Assembly: GCF_004010195.1 (NCBI RefSeq)
Contig: NC_057718.1
Coordinates: forward strand, 51,231,941-51,295,940
DNA length: 64,000 nucleotides
Source of the DNA: Chiloscyllium plagiosum
Taxonomy: Eukaryota
Direction of reading: 5' to 3'
Part shown: piece after piece, positions 53,135 through 64,000 of the stretch
Numbering within the stretch: the first letter of the stretch is position 1
How the letters are laid out: every line of letters begins with the position of its first letter
The notes under the pieces: generated by a model
Told to the model about the DNA's origin: nothing
Databases searched by the model: none
What the model saw: only the letters and a program-made list of their open reading frames with translations
Position numbers and translations under genes: made by a program

Positions 53135-53478
53135 CATCAGGACAGACACATGCAGTGCAATACTGGGGGAGTGTTTCACTGCTAGAAGTACAATATGAGA
53201 CATTAAACCAAGGCCTGTCTGCTCACTCACTGAATGTAAAAGTCCATTTGGCACTATTATGAAATCATTGCAGAAAAATTGGCCTGACCAGTATTTATCC
53301 TTCAGTTAGCACCATAAAAGAAATAAACTGGTCATTATCAAATTTGTGTTTCTCAGAAGTTTTCTGCACACAAAATGGCTGTCACGTTGCCTAAACGATA
53401 ATCGTGACCATATATCAAAAGTACTTAATTGGTTTTAAAACATTTTGGGATGTCATATAAATACAAGTTTATTTTTAT
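53135..53478 (+). mobile_element. DeuSINE (SacSINE1/AmnSINE1-like)
   Basis: cagtgcaatactgggggagtg, tgagacattaaaccaaggcctgtctgc, tggcactatt, tatttatccttca, tggtcattatca and aaaagtacttaattgg match the recalled Deu domain; another fragment at about 41560-41700. Confidence 0.8.
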
Positions 53479-53659
53479 TGGTACAAATAATGATTTGTTT
53501 ATGGCATTCATTCTGCAAATAGGTGAAATTGTATGAGAGATAATAATAAGAAATGGCTGTAGAGTAATCAAGAAACTATGCATTGTCATGCATGAATGGT
53601 GACAGTACCCTGCATTGACTGTAAATGTTTTTTAATATGGCATGATATTGTAGCATGAC

Positions 53660-54762
53660 TATTAGAGTCATAGAATCATAGTCATACAGCACAGAAACAG
53701 ATCCTTCGATCCAGCTCGTTCATGATAACCAAGCTTCCCAAACTAAACTAGTGATACTTGCCTAAGTTTGAGCCATATCCTTCTAGACCTTCCCTTTTCA
53801 AGTACCTGTCCAAATGTCTTTTATGTGTAACTGTATTTGTAGCTTCCTCTGGCAGTTCATCCACATATAATCCACCCTCTCTGTGATAACATTGCCCCTC
53901 ATGTCTCTTTCAAAGCTTTCTCCTCTCACCTTAAAATTTTGCTCCCTAGTTTTGAATTCCCTCACCTGAGGGAAAACAAACTTTGCTATTCACCTGATCT
54001 ATGCCCCTCATGATTTTATAAATGTCGACAAGGTCACCCCAAACTTCCTACAGAGGAGTGAAAGAAGTCCCAGCCTATCCAGCCTCTCCCTCTAAACCCT
54101 CTAGTCCTAGCAACATCCTGGCAATCTTTTATGACCCCTCTCCAATTTAATAATGTCCTTCCTGTAGCAGGGTGACCAGAACTGCACACCATACTCGAAA
54201 AGTGGCCTCACTAACATCCCTTATAACATCAACATGAAGTCCAAACTCCTATAGTCTATGGTCTGAGCAATGAAGGAAAATGTGTTAAACACTTTCTTAA
54301 CCAATCTGTCTACCTGTGACACAACTTTCAAAAAAAATGTATTGGAACCCCTCGGTCTCTCTTTTCAACAACACTACCAGGAGGAGAAAGTGAGGACTGC
54401 AGATGCTGGAGAAACAGAGTGGAAAGGGGTGGCGTTGGAAAAGCACAGCAGGTCAAGCAGCATCCGAGGAGCAGGATGGCTTTCCTGATGAAGGGCTTAT
54501 GCCCAAAATGTCGATGCTCCTGCTTCTTGGATGCTGTCTGACCTGCTGTGCTTTTCGAGTGCTACCCTTTTCAAAACTACCCACTACCTTACCATTAACT
54601 ATATAAGTCCTGCCCATATTTGTTTTACCAAATGCAACACCTCGCATTTATCCAAATTAACCTCCATCTGCCACTCAGATCCCATTGACCCAATTGATCA
54701 ATATCTCTTTGTAATCTTAGAAAACTTTCTTCACTGTTGATTATTCCACCAATTTTATAACA
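53660..54762 (-). mobile_element. CR1/HER1 LINE 3' part
   Basis: tagagtcata tail; gaccagaactgcacaccatactc (EYGVQFWS antisense); interrupted at 54383-54574. Confidence 0.88.
54383..54574. mobile_element. Penelope-like fold-back mini-element inside CR1
   Basis: ggagaaagtgaggactgcagatgctgg arm and inverted arm with decayed hammerhead ctgatgaagggcttatgccc. Confidence 0.85.
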
Positions 54763-56429
54763 ATCTGCTTTTTTCTTAGGACAATATGATTTTGTAGATT
54801 TATATTTGCACTTTCATACCATTTACATAAAACTCCCTGATTTTCAGAGAAGATCCAAACAAATGGTTATCAGGAAATATTACAACCGTTCGAACTAATA
54901 TAAATCATTAAGAAATTGGAAAACATGAAAATCTAAAAATGATTCTAATTTTGTATTAATGAATTTGGTGAAATAATTACACCTTCATTCTTGAAAAATG
55001 ACAGAGATGTGATATTTCTACATTGGATATGTACATCTGAATAATAGCATGCATTTCTTTTACCAATTTTATGATTAGATTAGCAATGGTTTTATTTTTA
55101 AATTCTCTTCTCAAACTAAAATCTACGTACTTGTCTGTATGGAGGGACAACAAATTCTATGAACAGATTTGACAATGCCTATTCTGTGACTAAACATCAT
55201 TTAAATCACTATCTTTTTCATATTTCTGTCAGAGAAAGGCTCAATCATAATATTCTAACTTCTAATGTTAGAATGCAATGTGCTATATTCTTTCTCTTGA
55301 AATTAATAATCAATAAATGCATTTTCTCTCCAGGGTATCTTTGGACTGATTGCATCTAATCTTTTGCGTTTACTATGACATTCCATGATCCGTGACTGGA
55401 AAGCCAATATCTCCATGCACACAACCCTTAATTTCAATAGAAATGCTGTATTCCTATTACATGACATGTAATAGTCTGGGGATGCCTTCAACTCAATATT
55501 GAAATTTATTACATTCTACAGAACAACCGTGTGCACATATTAGAGTTGTCAGCTTTGGTCTGAAGTATTTTGGAGATTTGGTCACATGATATTTGTTTGT
55601 TTACAAATGTTTTTGCACTTAGCTCCGTTGGGTATCTCAGCATTAACATGGTTCTAAAGAAAATACTAAGCCTTTTGTATTATGGCGAGATGTAAAAAAA
55701 CTAAAAATGCAAAGCAACAGAAGAATTTAAGGACGAAAAATTTGTTTGTCTCAATTTTGAAGTACGAGGTCATGATTCACAATATGCCAGCACTGTTCAA
55801 ATCAGGATGGACAACAGGCAAATCCTCCAGGGAAACTGTACTGGAAGCCTCCCTCAGTCAGAAAATCTTGAATACAGAATGTCAGGGCATTTAGGTGATC
55901 CATAGTGATAAATGTGGTCCAGGAGGCATTTATGGTTCAGGTAGTCATGAGGAGAAATGCATGGTCCCTCAAAGAGCAGGATTCACCCTTAAAAGGAAAT
56001 GGGATCAAGTGACAGCAGTGCCACAAGAAGTCTTGTGAGGTCACGTGGGTACTCAAAATGGGTTCACATGACATTTTCTACACTCCATCAAGCGCTCATG
56101 CTGCTCCAACATTCACTGCCATGCTCTTGTTTCACTCATTGAAATTCAGGATTCACAGCAGCATGGAAATTAGATGGAGTCAGTGTCTGATTTGAATTGA
56201 TTGCATTTATTATTGTCAACATGTACTGGAAAGCAGTGAAAAGTATTGTTTTTTGTGTTAAACAGACAAATTATACCTTGCACAAGTAGATCAGGGTAAT
56301 TGAACAGAATGCAGAATACAGTGTCACAGATAAGAGATAACATCTCATTTTCATATTGTCATTTTATCTTCAGTTAAAGAGATAGTCCCAGAACATAAGA
56401 ATTTTACAAACTTCATATTTGTGACAATA

Positions 56430-57600
56430 GAAAACAGAGAAGGATTAAATAGGGATTTTCAAGTTAACAGGTTGTTGGTAGTGGGATGCTGAAAGGATCA
56501 TTTCAGATGCTTTAGCTATTTATAATTGGGAATAATTAATAACCCAGATGAAGAGTCCAAATACAACATATTCACATTGACTGACAATGATAAAGCTTCC
56601 TAGGTATGTAAGCTCAGAGGAGGATACAAAGAGGTGAACTTTCTCAGATTATTGGTGGATGTGCCAGGAGTTGGGAAGGCAGCAAAATTCCAGAAGTGTG
56701 ACATCAAGAGAGGAGCCCAATGAGCTTGCACAAGGGACAATATGGTATGGCAGCAATAAAGATGGAAGCTTGATCAAGCCATTTTATTCACCAATGATCA
56801 TCCAGTAGCCGCCTCCACACTAATGTGAGGTCATGCTGGGAACGAGTGAAACATGGTGGCCTCCTATTAATTCAAGATTGGTCTTGCTTTATGGATATTC
56901 CATTGCCAACAGAAGGACCCTCCTCACCACAACATCAACAGCCATGTCAAGATAAGAATGCTACTCAATGACCTCTGACCTTGAAACAAGGAAGCATGCA
57001 TTTGATTTAGATGAAGGGCTTTTGCCCAAAACATCAATTTTACTGCTCCTCGGATGCTGCCTGAACTGCTATGCTTTTCCAGCACCATTCTAATCTGGAC
57101 TCTGGTTTCCAGCATCTGCAGTCATTGTTTTTACCTACAATGTGGATTTTCACTGATTGATTTCTGGGATGAGAGGGACTGTGAGAAAAGATGGAGTAGA
57201 ATGGACTTAAGACTCTTCAGAGTTTAGAAGAATGAGGAGTGCTCTCATTAAATCTCACCGAAGGTCTGAGAGCATTTATCATGTACTTTCCCCTGTATAA
57301 AACTTTGGATCAGGGGATTTTCATTCTCAGTGCAATGGATTTGTGATTTTGGTCTGTAGAGGACAGAGAATTCTTTCTCAGAAGTGTGAATCTTTGGAAT
57401 CTTGTACCATTGAGGCTATTGATATTCAGTCAGTGAGTAAAATCAAGGATCAAATCAATAGATTTTTGGAATCTCGAGGAATCAACAGATATTGGAATCA
57501 AACATGAAATAGGGATTAAGGTTAAGAACCACCCGTAATCTTAATAAATGGTCCATCAAGCTGAAGGGGTTGTGTGCCTGTTCCTATTTATTATTCTCTT
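56430..57600 (+). mobile_element. Old CR1 fragments interrupted by other repeats
   Basis: 56430-56640 decayed RT core; 57150-57600 gagtttagaagaatgagg and 3' UTR. Confidence 0.55.
57008..57136 (+). mobile_element. Penelope-like 3' terminus
   Basis: gatgaagggcttttgccc...ccagcatctgcagtcattgtttttacct. Confidence 0.8.
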
Positions 57601-57929
57601 TCAAAACAGCACAAAAAAAGTCACTACTTCATTAAAAAGAGAATTAATTAAGTAACCTATAATTAAAGTTTCCATACAATGCCATGACATCTGTTTAATA
57701 GACTATAATTTATGTTAATTTTAATATAATTTATTGTAAGTTTCAGTTTTGATTTTCGAGTTAATAATATGGATATTCTGTGTATCTATATCGAATAAAT
57801 AAGTTGTCGGTATTTCTACAGCATTAGTGATTTATTTTAAAAGATTTTTTTATGGACAACTTAAGAATTTATGAGTTCCTTGTACATTCTGAGGGCTTTA
57901 TGACTGAAAGATAAACATGCTTCAATTTA

Positions 57930-58410
57930 GAAGGTCAGGTGAGTTATTTTTAAGTTTAAGGTTAATACATATTGCTTCAAGAAAGTGAATTAAACCTATC
58001 GGGTTGTTAGAGACAAGAGGTTGTGGTGAGAGTACTACAGGAAAGGTAGCTTTTGGGCCCTATACCAATAATCTGTTTTGGATACTATACAAATGCTTCC
58101 TTTCCAATTTATAAAGGACTATTTTGGGATTAATGAAATTATACATTTATTGGGATTAATGAAATTATACATTAATTAAAAATCTTTGAATTTATGTTAG
58201 CTGATTGTTTTCATTCTATCTTTATTTCTTGCTTTATTTCTTTTGTTAATAAACTTCTGTTTTACAATTAAAGAAAACTCAGCCAATTGCTGCTTCAGTT
58301 TTAGCATTTTGTTAAAACCAAAGCAAGACAATCTGGACATGATCTATCAAGCCAGAATTCAGTCTGCGAACTGACTTGCCCAGTATTAATATCAGCTGAG
58401 ATCTTAAGAA
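57930..58410 (+). mobile_element. Probable solo LTR 3' part
   Basis: gttaataaac poly(A) signal and U5-like end tgatctatcaagccag...cagctgagatcttaaga. Confidence 0.4.
58124..58173. repeat. Tandem duplication, period 26
   Basis: ttgggattaatgaaattatacatt occurs twice. Confidence 0.9.
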
Positions 58411-58714
58411 TTCTTACACAGAAATTTTAATAAGTAAAAGCAAAACCAAATAAAACAAGTTCAGGTCCTCCCATACCCAACCTTTGATGCTGAACTTCAA
58501 GGAGGTGAGGAGAGGCCTTCAAGAGAAGAACCCTAAGTTTCCCAATTTCATCATAAAAGATGCTCACCAACAGAGCATCACAGAACCCCAGACTTGTCTC
58601 TCCCTTCTCCAATTTCTGGATCTCCCTCTGTTCCCCCCCTATTTTGTATTTGCTCTACTACTCCCTCTTCCCACCTACTTTACATGGCTCCCTCCTCATA
58701 CCAAAAGTTCACAT

Positions 58715-58746
<32 letters not shown>

Positions 58747-58747
58747 C
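58715..58747. repeat. (CT)n microsatellite
   Basis: Seen directly. Confidence 0.9.
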
Positions 58748-59621
58748 CTGCCTCCTAATTGCTTGCTTAGGATTCATGGAGATTCCAGACAGTTTTATTG
58801 GTCCAGATGCTCACAGCGAATGATGAAGCTTTCTGTTTGAAATGGCTGCAAGACCAGCAGGGCTCACCCACTGAGAACTGTGTAAAAAGCCAGAGTTTTA
58901 CATGTGTGAATCATGGACACAAGGGCTGAACTGCCAGCAGTTGTACTCAGGAGAACAATCTCCCCACTTCCATTAGACTTCTGTGAAAAGCAGGTGAGTT
59001 GGGAATTTATCTTTAGCTTTTATCTATACAGCTGTTTGAAAATCATCACTCTCAGCATTCTGCCCACCAGCACTTTCTTTATGACTGGTACAAAGCGATA
59101 CTTGCAGCAATTAATTTCTGAGTAAGTCAAAATGTAAAGCGCCTACCCAGGGCCAGAAATAATAACTGATGAGTAACCATTAGCTTTACATATAAATATG
59201 GCCTTTTAAACAGACCATTTAGATTGTAAAAGTACAAAAAAATGAAAAAGGTAGACAGTTCAGAATAGCAAAGAAATTTACCATTTACAAAATTGCTTTT
59301 AACATTCAAAGTAAGTTTCAGGGAACTAAGAACAAAAGTTATCTTTAATCGATTAAATGTCCAGATCCTAGTACAACTTAAGTTTTAATAATATTATCTT
59401 TAAATAAAAACATATTTCAAAATGGAGTTTTCCACCCTTTGATCAACAGCCATTAATCAGACTGTGCGGGTTGTTCAGTTTTATCATCTGTTCAAGGCTG
59501 CACCAGCAAAATCTCCAGATGATCCAGAGACAATATAGAAAGGGAAACCAAGTGAAAGGGCAGACAACACCCAAAAAAAACTTAATAACTAGCACGCTTG
59601 CATCAAACATCAAGAACAAGA

Positions 59622-59935
59622 TTTTATTTTTAATTCATTCATAGGATTTGGGCATCATTGGCTAGCCCAGCATTCATTGCACTTCGCTAAATGCCCAGAG
59701 GGCACTGCTGTGGTTTCGAGTCACTTGTACGCCAGACTAGGTAAGGATGACAGTTTCCTTATCGAATGGACATCAGTCAACTTAGTGGGATTTTCCTGAC
59801 AGTGAACAATGGCTTCACGTTCATCATTAGACTCTTAATTCCAGATTCCGCCTGCCATGGCAGGATTCAAACCCAGGTCTCCAGATCTCCAGGTTAATTG
59901 GCTAACGGCAATGCCACTGGGACATCACTACCCTG
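59622..59935 (-). mobile_element. tRNA-derived SINE, second family
   Basis: Homologous to 21125-21470. Confidence 0.75.
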
Positions 59936-60649
59936 AATGCAATGATCTGACTGCTGTTCTATATGTTAGTTCAGATAATATACTCTATAAATATCAGTTC
60001 TTTCTTAGATTGATGTCTTGAAATCAATTAAAAATGTTAACTATTTATATTAATATAATTTCAAAGGCTTCTGAATAGGTGCATGGGACTCATTCAAAAT
60101 TATATGGACTCTGAAATTGTGCCTGCTAATTAGGAGATTACAAATGCAGCCCCACTCTTTAAAAAATGGAGGAACGCAAAAAAAAGGGAGTTACAGATCT
60201 GGTGGCCTGATGTCGATCCAATCAGAGCTCTTTCAGAAATATGGAGAAGTGCCTCCATTCTTTTCAAGTCCCCATATCAGAGAAGGTTGTTGGAAGGCAA
60301 ATCCTGCAGTCAGCTGCTGTATTCTGAAGAACAGAGACAGCACATAAGCTAAATGTGAGGTTAGAGTACCAGGATGATATAGTACCAGATAGATAGGGGG
60401 CCAGGTAAGTCAGGTGTGAGGTTGGTAAGGTGCAAATTGGGAAGAGGTAGAGTGCCAGGTTGAAAGCTGGCAAGGGGGTTCAGTCCAGAACTAAGGAAGT
60501 AGTTTTGCGGTCGGAGCACGAAAATGGGGCAGTGGGATGATCATCAGATCCTTGGAGGGGATTGGGCCAGGTCTGCTAGATATGTGGTCATGTGGGGGCT
60601 GGGTGGAATCTGGTCCAACAACTGGATAAATGTTCCCCAATAGCCATTG

Positions 60650-61860
60650 AGTGCAGCTTTGATGCCACACTCAGTCAAATGCAGCCTTTATGTCAGGACT
60701 GTCACTCTTACCTCACCTCTGGAATTCAGCTTTTTTGCCCATGTTTGAACCAAGGCTATAATGAGGTCAGGAGCTGAGTGGCCATGGCAGAACCCAAACT
60801 GTTATTGCTGAGCAGGCGATGCTTGATAGCACTGTTGATGACACCATCCATCACTTTACTGACGATCGAGTCAATTGGTGGGGAGGTAATTGGTCAGGTC
60901 GGATTTGCCCTGCTTTTCGTGGACAGGGCATACTTGGGCAATTTTCCACATTGCCAGGTAGATGTCAGCGTTGTAACTGTACTAGAAGAGCTTGCCTAGG
61001 GGAGTGGCAAGTTCTAAAGCATGTATCTTCAGTACTATTGCCAGAATGTTGTCAGTGCCCAGAGCCTTTGCAGTATCTGGTGTCTCCAAATGTTTTTTTG
61101 ATATCATTTGGACTGAATTGGATTGGCTGACTTCTGTGATGCTGGGGATCACTGGAGGATGCTGAGATGGATCTTCCACTTGGCACTTTCAATTGAAGAT
61201 TGTTGCAAATGATTCAGCCTTATCTTTTGCGTTGGTGTGCTGTGTGCTTCCATCATTGAGGATGGGGATATTTGTGGAGCCTCATCCTCCAGTGAATTGT
61301 TTGATTGTTTACTACCATTAATGACTGGGTGTGGCAGGACTGCAGAGCCTAAATCTGATCTGTTGATTGCAGGAACACTTAATTCTGTTTATCACTTGCT
61401 GTTTGTCATCCTGCTTGGTAACTTCACTATTTTTTTTAAATGATGCTTGATGCTGCTTCTGACATGCCTTCCTACACTCTCCATTGAACTAAGATTGATC
61501 CCTTGCGTGATGATAATGATTGAATGGAGGATATGCCAAGCTATCTGGTTACAGATTCTCTTGGATTATGTTATGATCTATTAGGATTCTGCTGCTGTTG
61601 ATGGCCCACAGTGCCTAATGGATGCCCAGTCTTGGGTTGCTAGATTTATTTGAAGTCTGTGCCATTTGGCATGGCAATAGTGCCACACAACACACTGGAG
61701 GGTATTCTCAATGTGAAGGTGAGACTGGTTCTCCAGAAGGACATGCAGTGGTCACATGTACCAATATTGTCATGGACAGATACATCTGCAGCCGACAGAT
61801 TGGTAAGGGGTCAAAGTTTGCCTTTTCTCTCTTGTTGGCTCCCACAGCACCTGCCCCAGA
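60650..61860 (-). mobile_element. LINE ORF2 fragment (CR1/L2 group, second family)
   Basis: QFGFCHGHSAPDLIIALVQTWAKKLNSRGEVRVTV/DIKAAFD*VWH and KALGTDNILAIVLKIHALELATPL. Confidence 0.85.
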
Positions 61861-62029
61861 CCCAATCTGTACTCAATGGTTTAATATTTCCAATGTAACT
61901 ATTTACTTAACTTGAACGGGGCTCTCTGAATGCCAATGGAATCTTCAATTTGCCAGGCAATTCCTTAAGATTTTCTGCAATGGGGATTCAGCAGGATCCC
62001 CATGTGCAACTCTCATTTATTATTTCGAC

Positions 62030-62400
62030 AAAGATGACCAGTCTGCCAAAAACCCTATCATAACCGGACATTTAGAAAACAATGAACTGTTTGGGAAGAG
62101 TCAACGGGGAAGTCATGCTCACCAACTTGTTAAGCATTTCAGTGGACATAACAATGTAAATAAGGGGTAACAAGTAGACGTGGTTTATTTAGATTTTCAA
62201 AACACTTTTAATGAGTCTACGTAAGTGGTTGCTGAATAGAATTAGACTACACAAGTTAGACGCTAAATATCTCGATATTGACTAAGGAATGATGAACAAG
62301 AAGACAGCAGAGAATTCTTGGGTTGGCAGGCTGTGGCTAGTAGGGAATCACAAGATTAAGTATTTGGGCCCCCAGCTGTTCATAATCTATATCAATAATA
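62030..62400 (+). mobile_element. Old CR1 RT fragment
   Basis: VDVVYLDFQNTFN and LGPQLFIIYIN motifs. Confidence 0.75.
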
Positions 62401-63544
62401 AAGCCTTTAACTGGATACAGCTTTATGAATCATGTACCCAGCAGATTATTGAAAACAAAGGATCACTCAAAGGTATAATGTTGGGTGTTTTGAGAGGAAG
62501 AGAGCAAATCTTAAAGTCAAGTATATAAAATTGATACTTCAGAGAGGGCCCTGTGTGATATAATTGGAAGAACTGTTGTCCTTAAGGCAATTATGTGCAT
62601 ACTTTGAATCTTGACAGCATGACACACTAAAAAACAACAACATGAAGGATACACTTGTTTAAAGATTATGAAAAGTTCTGAAAATCTTGGTATTTGAAAT
62701 AAATCCCATTCTCAGAGGTTTCCACCTGAAATATCAGCTTACTCTTCCTTTTTTTTGGGTGCTAACAAAGTCTGCTGTATATTTCTAAGAGTGTAGATAG
62801 AGATAATCCAGAACAGAATGCTGTGAAATGTTTCTGATATTTATTGAAGAGACTCTCTGATTCATCACCAATTGCAATTTCACCAATGTGGTGAAATTCT
62901 CCTATGAAACTTGCATTTGGTGCAGATGGCCAAAGTGGAATAGCTTAACTCAAATGTGTCAGATTTTATTTATTCTTATGCATGATTGTAAACTCCTTCT
63001 TATTGTAAGAAAAGTATTTTAAGTACGATTTAACAGTTTTTAAAAAAATATTTCCTAACCTATCTTATTAAAATGGGTCATTGATTAGAAGCCATTAGAG
63101 AAATATTAATGATCCAAAAAGGGGCCCGATAGGCAGCCAGTCACAAAGCTTTCATGAGGATGAATTCTCAGGGACTTTCTGTCCTGTTCTCCAGTTTAAC
63201 ATGCAGTTTAGCGTAATTGATTAGAGTACTTGCTGTTGTCTTACAAGACAACATTTTAAACCTTGGCCGACATGACAATTTGACAATAGACCATTGCTTG
63301 ATTATACGCATCCATTTGCTTTATTCTAAAATGACCAGTTTTAGTTTAAACACATTTAATGTTTTCTTTTGCTGCCTTCTGAATTTGCAGAAACCCTGAT
63401 TAGATTACATAATAGAAGCAATAGCTAAGTTAGAGTTATGGGGGTTTTACCTTTTCTTCATGTTCTTATTACAAACTACATGCATACAATCCAAACCTAT
63501 AAAAAAGATCTCTCCCAAGTTAATGAAACTGAATACTCATGTAT

Positions 63545-63750
63545 TTTATTTATTCTCTTATGGAATGTGGACATTGCTGGCTCGGCTAGCATTTATTGCC
63601 CATCTCTGACTGTCCAGATGGCAGTTAATAGTCAACCACATTGCTGCGGACCTGGAGTGAAATGTCGGCCAGACTAGGTTTAAAAAAATGACAGATTTTC
63701 TTCCCAAAAGGACACTGGTGAACCCGATGAGTTTTTGTAACAATCAACAG
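63545..63750 (-). mobile_element. tRNA-derived SINE second family, 5' truncated
   Basis: Homologous to 21125-21320; tail tgggcaataaatgctagcc. Confidence 0.7.
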
Positions 63751-63751
63751 T

Positions 63752-64000
63752 ATAGGTAATTCTCCTAAAACGCATGTTTCTCAAATGCGATTTGGCTGTA
63801 ACACGATTTGTGAATTGTGGACTTTTTTTAATAAAGTGAACTCTCGTTCACTGTTACACAATTCCCATCCCAGGCACTAGGTGTCATGGTGCACGGAGAA
63901 CTGGACTCCGCATCAGCATCACATGGTCGGTCAGCTCACATGCTTACTGGTGAAGTGCTTCGTGAATTGTACAATGCTGTAGTTATTGATTTTAGTGTTA
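63752..64000. mobile_element. Possible Tc1/mariner-pogo MITE end
   Basis: TA followed by a TIR-like taggtaattctcctaaaacgc and CpG-richer sequence; other end not in window. Confidence 0.3.

Noticed and set aside
62876..62898. 10-bp hairpin aatttcacca-atg-tggtgaaatt
   Set aside because: Short, AT-rich and isolated, with no supporting context

Overview
This is eukaryotic, AT-rich vertebrate DNA. The repeat content (HE1/V-SINEs, CR1/HER1 LINEs, DeuSINE, shark-type Penelope termini) points to an elasmobranch; a carpet or bamboo shark is a guess. The window appears to lie inside a neurexin gene on the minus strand. One 182-bp coding exon is present (23185-23366, start of the LNS6 domain, most like NRXN2), and the ORF track misses it. 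The rest is intron packed with transposon relics, and almost all listed ORFs are spurious or repeat-derived. The most unusual observations are: (1) a young Penelope-like fold-back insertion with a 14-bp TSD whose inverted, hammerhead-motif arms enclose a 381-bp copy of DNA from about 360 bp away; (2) several sibling fold-back mini-elements with minimal hammerhead motifs, some sense to the pre-mRNA; (3) HE1 SINEs in opposite orientations on the two sides of the exon; (4) an LF-SINE-like element near the exon; (5) a multi-layer nest of Gypsy LTR elements. Family names come from recalled consensus sequences, not database searches, and repeat boundaries are approximate unless a TSD is given.
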